DNA of 43,500 bases from a virus (lineage: Duplodnaviria; Heunggongvirae; Uroviricota; Caudoviricetes), in the IMG/VR virus record IMGVR_UViG_2728369187_000005; one strand, given 5' to 3'. The notes beneath the pieces were generated by a model, which was not told where the DNA came from, searched no databases, and saw only the letters and a program-made list of their open reading frames with translations. The position numbers and the translations under genes were made by a program. The first letter of the stretch is position 1. Every line of letters starts with the position of its first letter. Shown here piece after piece: positions 1-10,802 of this stretch.

Positions 1-165
1 CTCAACATCCATGCTGTAACGCCCGGCTTCATCCGGATTTTCAGAGGCCACCGTGTTCACCAGTACCGTGGTGCTGTTACGCTTTGCCTTCAGTTGAATA
101 GTGCAGTTCTGTATTGGTTTTCCCGCACAATCTTTCAGCACACCTGAGATTTTTACTGCTGCCAT
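1..165 (-). CDS. stfR: side tail fiber protein Stf, N-terminal 55 codons (gene continues past window start)
   Basis: Minus-strand ATG at 165 preceded by GGAGTGG; translation MAAVKISGVLKDCAGKPIQNCTIQLKAKRNSTTVLVNTVASENPDEAGRYSMDVE resembles the lambda Stf N-terminus; follows lom as in lambda. Confidence 0.75.
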   Translation of the reverse strand, partial: MAAVKISGVLKDCAGKPIQNCTIQLKAKRNSTTVLVNTVASENPDEAGRYSMDVE

Positions 166-174
166 ATCCACTCC

Positions 175-202
175 ACAAAAAAGCCCGCCTGAACCGGCGG
201 GC
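175..202 (-). terminator. intrinsic terminator downstream of lom
   Basis: Minus-strand hairpin GCCCGCC-ggttca-GGCGGGC followed by TTTTTTGTGG. Confidence 0.55.
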
Positions 203-229
203 TGTCATAACACTGTGTTACCTGGCTAA

Positions 230-829
230 TCAGAATTTATAACCGACACCCACGATGAAACCGTCAGTGCGCCAGTCGCCACTGCCGGAGCCTTCATAAG
301 CAATATCAATAGCCACGGATTCGGTCGGGTTAAACTGCACGCCAGCCCCCCACGCCAGAGACGTGTTGCTGTGGCGACCGTCATCACTTCCAGTCAGCAC
401 ATCGTGCGTTTTCCCCTTGCTGTCAGTTACGCGGAGATAATCCCCGGAAAAAGTTGAAACACGGCTGTAAGCCACACCTGCCATCGCATAAGCACTGAAC
501 CATTCATTCACGCGTACAGACGGCCCCGCCATCATGCTGAACCAGCGGTTACGCACTGAATCTTCATGCCAGCGGGTATCGCTGTAATGCGTTTTTTGCT
601 CATCTTTGGCATTGGCATAACTGAATGACGTCACCAGCCCCAGCGTGTCCGTAAATTCATAACGGTATTTCACGTTAATGCCCTTCAGGTCATCGTTGCC
701 GGGCATATCAGTATGGGTCTGAAGATACCCGGCGCTTAGTGTGGACTGATGCTCTGCTGCGCTCGCTGGCGTACCAGCGGCGACCAGCCAGACTACTGTG
801 GACAGAATAACAGCACATAATTTACGCAT
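230..829 (-). CDS. lom: Lom/Ail/OmpX-family outer membrane protein
   Basis: 199-aa ORF with signal peptide (MRKLCAVILSTVVWLVAAGTPASA) and beta-barrel-like C-terminus ending GYKF; positioned after J as in lambda. Confidence 0.85.
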   Translation of the reverse strand: MRKLCAVILSTVVWLVAAGTPASAAEHQSTLSAGYLQTHTDMPGNDDLKGINVKYRYEFTDTLGLVTSFSYANAKDEQKTHYSDTRWHEDSVRNRWFSMMAGPSVRVNEWFSAYAMAGVAYSRVSTFSGDYLRVTDSKGKTHDVLTGSDDGRHSNTSLAWGAGVQFNPTESVAIDIAYEGSGSGDWRTDGFIVGVGYKF

Positions 830-851
830 AATTACCTCTCGCTTTTCTGCA

Positions 852-878
852 ATAAAAAAGGCGCCATTTCTGGCGCCC
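852..878 (-). terminator. intrinsic terminator downstream of J
   Basis: Minus-strand hairpin GGCGCC-agaaat-GGCGCC followed by TTTTTTATT. Confidence 0.55.
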
Positions 879-896
879 GTATCTGGGTTATAAAAT

Positions 897-3800
897 TCAG
901 CTAATCGTGATGCCTGCAGTGGCTTTCTTCATCACAACAACCAGCAAATCGCTGATACTTGCTGTGGGATACCAGCCATTTACCCACCATGCTGATACAG
1001 AAAACTCCAGTGTCATTACGCCACTGCCTGCAGGCATATCAATAACACCCGTGTAAATCAGAGTATTATCCAGAGCCGTTCGGTTATAAATTTCAGCCCC
1101 GTTTTTCTTCACTATCAGGCGGCATGACGAATAAGTATCGCTATTCTCCCGTTCATGTCTGGCACCGCTGAAAGCCACCGCTGGAATAACAATTTGCCGG
1201 TCAAACGGCTGATCGTCATAAACCCTGACGGTAATGGTCCCTGATGGCCACCGCTCCGGTGCACGGGAGTCCCGGGGGAAAGCTTTGCCCACTGTTTTAA
1301 CGAGATCGCCTTCAATCTGGTTCGCGGACAGTTTTCCCAGAACCCGACAGTTCTCGTTAATCGTGACGTTGTTGAGCGTCCCGGAGTTCGCATTCACGCT
1401 ACCGCTGATATCGGCATTTTTCGCCGTCAGTCGCCCGTCCGGTGTCAGGGAAAATGCCGGAGGATTACCGCCGCTGGTAATGGTGGGAGCCGTCAGATAT
1501 TTCAGGAACACTTCATTCATGAATATCTGATCGCCCTGACCAACAAACATCGGCTTTGTGTTGCCATTCGCAGGATTAATCATCGCAATCCTGTCTGCCG
1601 CCAGCAGCACCTGACTCTGCATGCCGTCGGGGGTGTTCTCAATACCGGCACCGATACCCGCAATATAAAGGCGTCCGTCCTGCATCTGCTGCAGCTTCAC
1701 TGCCCACATGCTGTTCAGGTTATTATTTGTATCAACCTGAACCTTCTGTATCTGCTGGATCGCTGCACTCTGGTCTTCCAGTTTCTTATTGACGGTCTGC
1801 GTGATTTCATTGCTGACATCCGTAATGGACGTCCTGATTTCAGCCAGGTCAGGCGCAAGCTGACCGTTATCAATCTGCGTCCACAGCTCCTGAGCCAGAT
1901 GGGTTTTCCCTATCTCGCCTTTGAAAAAATCCAGATAGCCGGATGCATCATCACTCGGCTGACCAACAGCCTCCACGAATGCCGATTTGCCAACGGTGTT
2001 CACACTGCGAACGTAAAAATAATAATCATGGCCCGGTTTGATATTGATACTGGCGGCTATCCAGTACAGCCCCGTGCCAAGGTAGCGCGCTGTGGTTTCA
2101 ACCTGCCTGATATCGGTAATCCGCTTTTCCGAGAACCAGAACTCAAACTGTACCGTCGGGTCATAAACGGCAAGATGCGGCGTGGCGGTTATCTGAAAAT
2201 ACCCCGGCGTCAGCTCAATCCGCGACGGTGCTACCGGTGCGGCAATCCGGAACGATACCGACNNNNNNNNNNNNNNNNNNNNNNNNNNNNNNNNNNNNNN
2301 NNNNNNNNNNNNNNNNNNNNNNNNNNNNNNNNATCCGCTGCCACGGTCAGGCGAAGCAGGAAGCTCACGCCCTTCACCACCTTCGGCGTGTCCCAGCGCG
2401 CCAGCACCTGATATTCCCCGCTGTCTGCGGTGACTTCGGCGGTCAGGTGCTGCACCGCTGGCGGCGTGACACCATTCACCGTGCCGCTCTGGTCGCCGTC
2501 AAAGTGCGCCCCGTTATCCACGATGGCTTCTTTTTCCGGTACATGCTGCACGGCAGTGATGGCATACGTGCCGTCATCGTTCTCACGGATACTCACACAG
2601 CGGAACAGGCGCTGGCGCAGCGTCGGCAGCTTCAGCCCCCACACACTGTATTCTGCAACGCCGTCAGGAACCCGGTTCACTTTCACCTTAAGTCCGTCGG
2701 TGACGGACTGAACCTCCACGCTGACCGGATTACCACTTCCGTCAACCAGGCTTATCAGCGTGGTACCGGAGGATGGCAGCGTGATTTCACGGTCGAGCGT
2801 CAGCGTCCGGGTCTGGCTGTTCACCGCCAGCACGCGACCACCGGTGCTGATACCGGCATAGTCATCATCGCAGATTTCAATGACATCGCCCGGTACATGG
2901 CGAAGCCCTTCAGCACCCACGCTGAAATCCACGGTCTGCATTTCCAGCAGTTCCGTTTTAATCAGCCACAGCCCGGCGCGGTGTGCCTGCCCCCGGCTGG
3001 TACAGCCAAAGGCATCCATCTTCGTAACATTACGACCGTAACGGGCAATGGCCTGCGTATCTTCAACAAGCTCTGTCGCCGTCTCCCAGCCGTTGTCCGG
3101 GTCAATCCAGTTCACCTCAACGGCATTATGGCGGTCCTTCAGGGCGCTGAAGCTGTAGCGGAACGGCGCGCCATCATCCGGCATCACCACATTACTGCGG
3201 TTATAGGTCCACACCTTATCCGACGGTCGGTCCTGCACGAACGTCAGCGTCTGCCCGTTCCATACCGGCATACAGCGCATCGCCGAGCAGAAATCACTGA
3301 GCACATCCCACGCCTTGCGCTGTGTGGTCAGGTACGCATTACAGGTGATGCGCGGCTCCGTGCCGCCAAAGCCGTCCGGCACTGACTGGTCGCAGTACTG
3401 GCCGATGACATACAGCGCCCATTTGTCCACATCCGCCGCACCAAGACGTTTCCCCATGCCGTAGCGTGGATGGGTCAGCATATCCCACAGACACCAGGCC
3501 ATGTTATTGCTGTATGCTGGCTTAAACGTTCCGTCCCAGATACCGCTGTATTGCCGAGTCTGCGGGTTATAGTTCGACGGCACCTGCAGAATACGCCCGC
3601 GCAGATGATAATTACGGCTCACCTGCTGGCTGCCGAACTGCTCCGAATCCACCTGTACGCCGACCAGTGCCGTGTTCGGGTAGCACTGTTTCACATCGAT
3701 GATTTCGGTGTATGACGACCAGAGCGTTTTGTTCTGCAGCTGGTCTGTGGTGCTGTCCGGCGTCATCCTGCGCATCCGGATATTGAACGGGCGCGGCGGC

Positions 3801-4283
3801 AGGTCACCCACCACCACCGATGCTAGATACTGTGAGGTGGTTTTGCCTTTAATGGTGATGTCTTTTTCCGTCACCCAGCCACCATTACGCTGTATCTGAA
3901 CCAGCAGGCGGACTTCCGACGGATTCCGGTCCCCCTTTGAGGTGNNNNNNNNNNNNNNNNNNNNNNNNNNNNNNNNNNNNNNNNNNNNNNNNNNNNNNNN
4001 NNNNNNNNNNNNNNNNNNNNNNNNNNNNNNNNNNNNNNNNNNNNNNNNNNNNNNNNNNNNNNNNNNNNNNNNNNNNNNNNNNNNNNNNNNNNNNNNNNNN
4101 TATATTGGTATTCCCCTCACTGTCCAGCACCGGCGTACTGTTCAGCAGCACGCTTTTTAATCCATCCACCGGACCTTCAACCGGCCCTTCGCTGATGGCA
4201 TCGATCACACTCAGCAGCTGCGTGGACTTCAGGTTGTCCTTCGCTTCGCGCGGGGTATGCCCCTTACTGCTGCCTTTACCCAT
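897..4283 (-). CDS. J: tail tip host-specificity protein J (reading frame interrupted by two assembly gaps)
   Basis: Three ORF segments (897-2003, 2231-4120, 3885-4283) in one orientation; N-terminus [34 protein letters not shown] and internal blocks match lambda J as recalled; total span about 1129 codons. Confidence 0.85.
2263..2332. other. assembly gap (70 N) inside J
   Basis: Run of N. Confidence 0.99.
3945..4100. other. assembly gap (156 N) inside J
   Basis: Run of N. Confidence 0.99.
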
Positions 4284-4293
4284 TCGTCATGCT

Positions 4294-4324
4294 CCATAAA
4301 CGATAAAACCGCCCGGAGGCGGTT
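4294..4324 (-). terminator. hairpin with weak T-tract between I and J (possible attenuator or stability element)
   Basis: Minus-strand AACCGCC-tccg-GGCGGTT followed by TTATCGTTTAT. Confidence 0.3.
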
Positions 4325-4343
4325 TCACATAAAACATTTTGCA

Positions 4344-4985
4344 TCAGCGACCAATCACCACAACCTGACCACCATCCCCTTCGTCTGCCGTGCTGATCTC
4401 CTGAGAAACCACGCGTGACCCCACGCGCATTTCACCGTACAGAACCGGCAGAACATTGCCCTGGGCAACCATGTTATCCAGTGAAGAAAAATAGGTGTTC
4501 TGTTTGCCGTTATCCGTTGTCTGTGTGCGGGGGGTTTTGGGTTTAGGGGCCAGCATCTGTGCAACACCGCCAAGCGTCATACTGGCACCGAGAGAAAACA
4601 GCAGATTACTCGCCATAATTCCTACCCCCGGCATCCATATAGCAACCGCCATAACAGCCGCCCCCAGCACAGCCTGAAACACACCGCCACTTTTGGCTCC
4701 TGCCAGACGCGGCACGATATGGATCACGGCACCATTTTCCAGCGGCTCATTAAGACGGGCAGACAATTCGGTTTCACCTGCATCACGCCCGGCAATGCGT
4801 ACCTGGTACCAGCCGTCGCTCAGTTTCTGACGAAATGCCGGGATCTGCATGGCCAGCGCCCGGATGGCTTCGGACCCCGTTTTCACTCGAAGGTCGATGC
4901 GGCGGCCAAATCGTTGTAAATCCCCGTAAAGGCAGATGCGTGCCATGCCCGGTGACGCCAGAGGGAGTGTGTGCGTCGCTGCCAT
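4344..4985 (-). CDS. I: tail tip assembly protein I
   Basis: 213-aa ORF; MAATHTLPLASPGMARICLYGDLQRFGRRIDLRVKTG and C-terminus ...STADEGDGGQVVVIGR match lambda I as recalled. Confidence 0.85.
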   Translation of the reverse strand: MAATHTLPLASPGMARICLYGDLQRFGRRIDLRVKTGSEAIRALAMQIPAFRQKLSDGWYQVRIAGRDAGETELSARLNEPLENGAVIHIVPRLAGAKSGGVFQAVLGAAVMAVAIWMPGVGIMASNLLFSLGASMTLGGVAQMLAPKPKTPRTQTTDNGKQNTYFSSLDNMVAQGNVLPVLYGEMRVGSRVVSQEISTADEGDGGQVVVIGR

Positions 4986-5626
4986 TTGTCGGTGTACCTC
5001 TCTCGTTTACTCAGTTGTTCAGGAATATGGTGCAGCAGCTCACCGTCACCACAGTAAATGGCGGCATGATTCGGCACCGATGAACCAAAACAGCACAGCA
5101 GCACATCGCCCGGCTGCGCCGCTGACAACGGCACCTGATACAGCCCTGTGGCCTCCAGATTATCCAGATAGAGATTCTGACCGTTACGCCACCAGTCATC
5201 CCCGCGATGAAAATCCGGCATCTCAATTCCCGCCAGATGGTAAGCGTCCCGGAACAGCGTGTAACAGTCCGTTACCCCGTGCTCAAAGCGCCGCCCGGTG
5301 AGATGCGGCACACAGCGGAATTTATGAATCGCCCCCCGGCAGACCAGCCACCACGGCAAATCACTCTGTACCTGCAGCCGCCGGTCGGCCTCACTCAGCC
5401 AGGGCAGACCACCGGGGTGGCTGTGGACCAGCGCCACAATCTCTCCCTGCATTTCTGCACTCAGCCAGTCCTCCGGCGACATCCGGAAATACTCCTCCGG
5501 CTCACCGGAGATATTCACGCAGGGAAAATATCTTTCCCCCTCCGGTGTTCTCACCACGAAGCCGCACGACTCCGCTGGCGCACATCGCCGGGCGTGCGCC
5601 AGAATCGCTGATTCTGTCTCTGTCAT
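4883..5626 (-). CDS. K: tail tip assembly protein K (JAB/MPN plus NlpC/P60-like)
   Basis: 247-aa ORF; HSHPGG metal-binding motif and Cys/His peptidase-like C-terminal half; overlaps I by 103 nt. Confidence 0.8.
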   Translation of the reverse strand: MTETESAILAHARRCAPAESCGFVVRTPEGERYFPCVNISGEPEEYFRMSPEDWLSAEMQGEIVALVHSHPGGLPWLSEADRRLQVQSDLPWWLVCRGAIHKFRCVPHLTGRRFEHGVTDCYTLFRDAYHLAGIEMPDFHRGDDWWRNGQNLYLDNLEATGLYQVPLSAAQPGDVLLCCFGSSVPNHAAIYCGDGELLHHIPEQLSKRERYTDKWQRRTHSLWRHRAWHASAFTGIYNDLAAASTFE

Positions 5627-5702
5627 GGGATTTACTGCGAAAGTTTGTTAATGGAAAGGAAGCTGCCAAAGTTGCCGACATTATTGCGAAACTTACAGCC
5701 AC

Positions 5703-6257
5703 TCAGGCATTTGCTGCATTTATCCTTCGTGATATCGGACNNNNNNNNNNNNNNNNNNNNNNNNNNNNNNNNNNNNNNNNNNNCGTTTCAGTCGGCGTGG
5801 ACAGTACAAAAGAGGCACTGACCGCGCTCAGTTCGCTGCACTGCTCGATGCGCCAGCGGCTGATCACCTCCTGCTCCGGATCGGCTTCGCTGTTTCCGTT
5901 GACGAAGTTCACCGCATCCAGAAAGCGGGCGTAAACCTTACGCCGGACCACCGTTCCGCCGACCAGACTCTGCAGATCTTCCGCCATCCCGGTGATCATG
6001 CCGTGCAGGTTAGAGACCGCCAGTGTCGGACGGGCAGCACTGCCCTTGCCGTTCATCTCAAATCCACTCCCCTGAATGGGATAGGCCTGATACTGCCGAC
6101 TCTGCCAGGTGACAGACTCACCTTTTTCGTTCTGCTCATTACAGAAAAAGTAGCGATCCCCGCCTACCTCGGTCAGGTCGATTTCCCAGAGCACCACGCT
6201 GGCCGACTGCTCCGCACGAATGCATTCATTCAGCGTTTCCTGTTGTATGTCCTGCAT
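5703..6257 (-). CDS. L: tail tip protein L (3' part uncertain because of a 43-N gap; probably continues to about 5630)
   Basis: ORF starting [41 protein letters not shown], lambda-L-like; sits between M and K. Confidence 0.7.
   Translation of the reverse strand: MQDIQQETLNECIRAEQSASVVLWEIDLTEVGGDRYFFCNEQNEKGESVTWQSRQYQAYPIQGSGFEMNGKGSAARPTLAVSNLHGMITGMAEDLQSLVGGTVVRRKVYARFLDAVNFVNGNSEADPEQEVISRWRIEQCSELSAVSASFVLSTPTETXXXXXXXXXXXXXXXPISRRINAANA
5741..5783. other. assembly gap (43 N) inside L
   Basis: Run of N. Confidence 0.99.
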
Positions 6258-6595
6258 CAGATCACCACTTCGTCAAACTGACACGAAAAATCGGTATAGG
6301 TGATATGTTCTGTCGCTGACCACGTTCGACACACCACTCTGATTTTTCTGTTAATACCCGGCGGGCGCCAAAAAAAAGATTTATAGCCTTCATGCCGGGC
6401 TAAAAATTTTTCAAATGAATCACGTTCATTCGCCTCAACTTTGAAATCACAGGTGAAAACGCGCAGAGAATGATTAAGTCCATTTGGACTTCGTTGCTCA
6501 TAACCATCGCCAAATCTTACAGTTTTTATCGATGGTTTATTTTCTGTTTTCATTCCATCCTCTGGTAACCAGTGAAATTCTTCCGTATTAGCCAC
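6257..6595 (-). CDS. M: tail tip protein M
   Basis: 112-aa ORF, lambda-M-like size and position, overlapping H stop and L start. Confidence 0.8.
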   Translation of the reverse strand: MANTEEFHWLPEDGMKTENKPSIKTVRFGDGYEQRSPNGLNHSLRVFTCDFKVEANERDSFEKFLARHEGYKSFFWRPPGINRKIRVVCRTWSATEHITYTDFSCQFDEVVI

Positions 6596-9500
6596 TTAAC
6601 ATTCCCCCATCACGTCGCATATTTAACAGATTGCCCTGCACCCGCTGATCAACCATCCCCATAAGTGCTTTTATTGCCTGAGGGCCAATCTCTCCATTCT
6701 GGCCGTCATTTTGAATAGTGATTTGGTATACAGGGGCATAGGTAATATCTCCGCCTCCATTACCACTTTTACTATTAACAGCTCTGACACCAAGAGAACC
6801 ATCGGAAGTTCGTGTTAATGGCATAATGGCTTCCGGACCAGCCTCACCAAAAACACCAGCCCCTCTTGCAAAAGCAAAAAATTGCGGGGAATCATAAATA
6901 CCGTTCGAATACGTGTTCAATGACGGAGACTCATAAACACCGCCCTTTGCATTCGGAATAAATTTACTAATAGCACTCCCGATAGTTCCTAAAATCCCCC
7001 CAGAAGAACTGTTACTAATGCTGTAGAAAATCCCAGTAATTGAAGCCTTTAATGCTATTCGACTAAGATCCGAAATCACGGAAGTAGCGAAAGAACGAAA
7101 ATTTGCTTTGCCTGTCGTGACAAAATCACCCAGCGCATCGGTCATTCCATCAAACATCTGAGTCGTGGTTGATTTTATCTGCTCACTGATATCCTTAGTG
7201 TCATCCAGCCAGTTATTGAATCCCTGGGAGGCACCACTAACCCAGTCTCCTGCCTGAATATCGAGCTGCTCGTTTTTCTGTCTGACAATTTCTTTTTCTC
7301 GTTCCAGAGCATCATTCAGAGCCTGCATTTTCTCCTGAAAAACATGATTTGACATCCCACGGGATTTATCTGCATAGTCACGTTCAAGTTGCAGACGCTG
7401 ATTGTTATATTCACGTTCAATCCGCAGTAATTCCTGCTGGCGTTGCTGATTTTTATCGCCAACCCCATAACCAGCAATCTGAATATCATACCCCTGTTGA
7501 CGATTATCAATCGAAGCCTGCAATGAATCACGCCATGCAGCTATTTCGGCGGATTCCTTGATTAGCCTGTTATTTTTTTCAATCGCAACATTTTTCTCCA
7601 TCAACGCGGTTATTTCTTCCCGGTGTAAGAGAAGCGATTTCTGATCCTTGGTTAATTTCGATGACGGTCGTGACTCCAGGTCGGCAATCTGCTGACGCCA
7701 CTTAACCAGTTCCTGTTCAGAGGAACTTAATTTAACGGTTAATTCAGTTTGTGAACTTAGTAACGCATTCTGTTGATTCAGATGATCAATCATTCGTTGG
7801 GCAGCATCATCCGAATAACCTTTCGCCTTTGGTTGCTTTGGATCTTTATAACGCTCATTTATTTGAGCGATAAGATTATTATATTCTTCCTTTGAATACT
7901 GACTCTTTAGTTTTTCCAGTTTTGCAAGTTCACTAGCTCTCTGCTGCTCCCGGGTCTGATATTGTTTTGAAAAGGCATCTGCTCTCTGTCTGAGTTCAAT
8001 TCCTTCCTGTTGTCGCTTGTTGTAATCGTTTATTGATGAATTTAGTACGTCCTGAGCAATTTTTTCTGCTTGAAGTACGCCCAATTGCTGCTTTAATCGT
8101 GCCAGCCTTTTATTTTGAGCTCCGCCATCTCCAATGCCACCTAACCCGAAAACTCCGGGTCGGGTATTTTTTTCTATTTCATCAATTTGACGGAGAACAT
8201 CTGAGATTTTTTGATCAAGGGAGGCCTCACGGCCAATATCCAGCATGGAATCCCATGCCCATTTTGCGGAGTCTGCGACAGCTTTCCATGCAGTCTCAAG
8301 ATAACCAAGATTTTCTTTAATCTGGTTGGTGCGCTGGATCATTGAGGATGAGTATGCTTCTGTCGCAATGCGGGCGGCCTCCTGCTGGTTCCCTTCATCC
8401 TGTAGCGCCTTAATCTGGTTATAAGTCGCAATTGTCAGAAAATGGTACTGATCATTAAGTTTTGATATGGCACTGACAGGATCCTTTGCAATTTCATTGA
8501 AGTCATTAACCAGTTGTTCGGTTGATATTCCTGTTACTTCGCTCGTTTTTACTATCGCTGTCGTCACTTGCTCCAGCGAACTGCTCGCTACCTTTCCCGA
8601 ACGCACAAGCTGGTTTAATACTGCCGCCGCAGCGCCAGTTGTCGAATCAGCCGCATTCCCGGCACGTTGAACTATATCGGCCAATTGCCCGCTGGTTGTC
8701 CCCAACTGATTTCCGGTAAGAATAAGAGACTTATTAAATTCGTCCTGCTCCTGAGAGCCTTTATAGTAAGCCAGCCCTAAGACGCCAACGGCTGCTGCGG
8801 CCAGGGTAAAAGGATTAATTAATCCCAGCACATAAGAACCAACACCTTTGATCGCCGGGCCAATCCCACCGAACATATCTTTTAGCTGGCCGCCCTGCTG
8901 CATTAACACCATAAAAGGCGACTGACCAGTGGACAACCCAACAACAATATCCGTCATTTGTGCAGGCAACATGCGCATAGCAAAAGCCGTTTGTTTTGCC
9001 GACATTCCGGTTTTGCTTAATTGAGATTGAGTAACCTCAAGCTCACTCCGCATAGCACGAAGTTTTCCAGAAAGTTCCTCATACATTTCAGGAGAGAGCA
9101 TCCCCTTAGCTTTTGCTTCATTGAGCTGTTTCTGTTGTTCTACCAGACGATTAAAAGCAGTTCCGACAGGGTCAAGTTGAGCAATCAGACGTTGCAAAGC
9201 AGCAACCTGTTCATCATGCGCTTTTGCTGCTTCTCGCTCTGCCTGAGCCTCTCCGGTAAGCTCTCGCCGTGTTTCCTGTATTTTTCGGCTATAATTCTCA
9301 AACTGAGAACCATTTATTTTCCCGGATGCAAACGCAGCATTAAGTTCATCCTGCTGTTGTTCAAGATTTCTTAGCGCCGCAGCCAGAGGGTCGATCTTGT
9401 CCAGCATTCTTTGAAAGGCCTGAGTCTGCGCTTCCTGCTGGGCGGCAGCAAGTTTTCCGGCCTTCTCGGCTTCTCTCTGCGCTTGCGCAACCCCGCTCAA

Positions 9501-9821
9501 TTCCTCTGTGGTTTCATTAAGTTTACGGACAAGAAATTCATATTCTTCTTTATCAATAAGCCCTTTATCGAAAAATTTCTTTAATTCAGAATAGCGTCGA
9601 CCGACAGTATCAATTGCGGCACCAACTGGATCAATAGCTGCTTTTAATTTTGCGAGCGCGTTCTTCTCATCTTCTGTTGCCTTAGTCACTTTCCCTGCGC
9701 TATTTGCAGCAGTTTCCCCGGCCTGCGTCATTTTGACTAATGAGGAGGTCAGATTGTCAGCATTATTTTTTGCTCCAGTGCTATCAATAATTATTGCGAG
9801 ACGCGAGGTTTGCTCTGCCAT
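6588..9821 (-). CDS. H: tail tape measure protein
   Basis: 1077-aa ORF, coiled-coil rich; [34 protein letters not shown] block and C-terminal ...[28 protein letters not shown] resemble lambda H. Confidence 0.85.
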   Translation of the reverse strand: MAEQTSRLAIIIDSTGAKNNADNLTSSLVKMTQAGETAANSAGKVTKATEDEKNALAKLKAAIDPVGAAIDTVGRRYSELKKFFDKGLIDKEEYEFLVRKLNETTEELSGVAQAQREAEKAGKLAAAQQEAQTQAFQRMLDKIDPLAAALRNLEQQQDELNAAFASGKINGSQFENYSRKIQETRRELTGEAQAEREAAKAHDEQVAALQRLIAQLDPVGTAFNRLVEQQKQLNEAKAKGMLSPEMYEELSGKLRAMRSELEVTQSQLSKTGMSAKQTAFAMRMLPAQMTDIVVGLSTGQSPFMVLMQQGGQLKDMFGGIGPAIKGVGSYVLGLINPFTLAAAAVGVLGLAYYKGSQEQDEFNKSLILTGNQLGTTSGQLADIVQRAGNAADSTTGAAAAVLNQLVRSGKVASSSLEQVTTAIVKTSEVTGISTEQLVNDFNEIAKDPVSAISKLNDQYHFLTIATYNQIKALQDEGNQQEAARIATEAYSSSMIQRTNQIKENLGYLETAWKAVADSAKWAWDSMLDIGREASLDQKISDVLRQIDEIEKNTRPGVFGLGGIGDGGAQNKRLARLKQQLGVLQAEKIAQDVLNSSINDYNKRQQEGIELRQRADAFSKQYQTREQQRASELAKLEKLKSQYSKEEYNNLIAQINERYKDPKQPKAKGYSDDAAQRMIDHLNQQNALLSSQTELTVKLSSSEQELVKWRQQIADLESRPSSKLTKDQKSLLLHREEITALMEKNVAIEKNNRLIKESAEIAAWRDSLQASIDNRQQGYDIQIAGYGVGDKNQQRQQELLRIEREYNNQRLQLERDYADKSRGMSNHVFQEKMQALNDALEREKEIVRQKNEQLDIQAGDWVSGASQGFNNWLDDTKDISEQIKSTTTQMFDGMTDALGDFVTTGKANFRSFATSVISDLSRIALKASITGIFYSISNSSSGGILGTIGSAISKFIPNAKGGVYESPSLNTYSNGIYDSPQFFAFARGAGVFGEAGPEAIMPLTRTSDGSLGVRAVNSKSGNGGGDITYAPVYQITIQNDGQNGEIGPQAIKALMGMVDQRVQGNLLNMRRDGGMLSG

Positions 9822-9842
9822 TTATTAAAACTCCAGACAACA

Positions 9843-9866
9843 AAAAGCCCACCGAAGTGGGTTTCA
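9843..9866 (-). terminator. terminator-like hairpin between GT and H
   Basis: Minus-strand CCCAC-ttcg-GTGGG followed by CTTTTTGTTG, about 20 nt upstream of the H start. Confidence 0.35.
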
Positions 9867-9984
9867 GGCGACATAATAGTAGATATAGCGATTACGAGGC
9901 CACGCAATGCTTTTCTCCAGGAGCATCATCGATTTAATTAAAGACACCATCACATCTCTGTAACAGAGTGTACGTAATTAACAA

Positions 9985-10754
9985 CTACACACACTGCTCC
10001 TGAAAATACTGGTCATCCAGTGCAAAGATCACTGCTTCAAACTCATCGCGCTCAATCAATACCGGATGAGTGGCTAAATATTCATTTATCTCTGTCAGAG
10101 ATAAAGGCAAAGGCACCCCGGTCATTCCAGCATAACGTCGGGCACGGGATATTACCGAATAGGCGTACAACAATTCCTTAAGCACCGGGTCTATTTCTGG
10201 TTCCGGTATCGGTGGCAACCTGAGTTTTTCTCGCTTCCATCTTGCCTTTTCCCCCCTTTCTCCCCCGAACTCCGATAACCACCGCTGGGCGGCTATGGCT
10301 TTTTTATCGTATCCTGCTTCTGCTGCTCTTTACCCTGGGCGATGCTGGCTGCTTCTGCAAGGATCTGCCAGTACAACTCTGGATTCTGCTTAAGCAGCGC
10401 GATCCCTCGTTCTGGCGTATATTCCAGTGCAACCTCAGCACCATTAACCAGTTCACCAACCCCTTTCCAGTCTTTCAGCAGATAACGAGCAGCATTATCA
10501 ATGAGTAAATCATCAACAGAATCTACCTCGGAAACCTTTGAAATATCAAACTCCTTCGTTCCGACGTGCAAACTGGCATCCATTTTCTCAATGTGACGAC
10601 GGATTAATGCATTACGGGAGCGATACTGATCGTTATCGCTGCTTGCCACCAACAGTTTTAACCCGTCTATAGGTTTTAAGTCCTTCATTGGCGTAAACCA
10701 GCGTTCTCCACCGATGATAATTTTCTGATTAAGAATAAACATCCATAACCTCAT
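9985..10754 (-). CDS. tail assembly chaperone GT fusion (programmed -1 frameshift product)
   Basis: The 9985-10218 ORF is open in the -1 frame across the G stop; slippery heptamer A_AAA_AAG sits at the 3' end of G. Confidence 0.6.
10293..10754 (-). CDS. tail assembly chaperone G
   Basis: 153-aa ORF immediately downstream of the major tail protein and upstream of the tape measure. Confidence 0.75.
   Translation of the reverse strand: MRLWMFILNQKIIIGGERWFTPMKDLKPIDGLKLLVASSDNDQYRSRNALIRRHIEKMDASLHVGTKEFDISKVSEVDSVDDLLIDNAARYLLKDWKGVGELVNGAEVALEYTPERGIALLKQNPELYWQILAEAASIAQGKEQQKQDTIKKP
10299..10305 (-). promoter_or_regulatory. -1 ribosomal frameshift slippery site A_AAA_AAG
   Basis: G-frame codons ata-aaa-aag-cca-tag; the -1 frame continues KKAIAAQRWLSEFGG... 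into the downstream ORF. Confidence 0.55.
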
Positions 10755-10802
10755 TCAATGCGTCCCCCTGTAGTGCAGTACCACAGGGGGAATAACGGAA
10801 AA

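Noticed and set aside
2228-3385. 385-aa plus-strand ORF (and 2430-2711, 3470-3899 ORFs) antisense to J
   Set aside because: Lies entirely inside the well-supported J gene on the opposite strand, is Arg/His-rich as expected for an antisense frame of GC-rich coding DNA, and includes N-derived X residues
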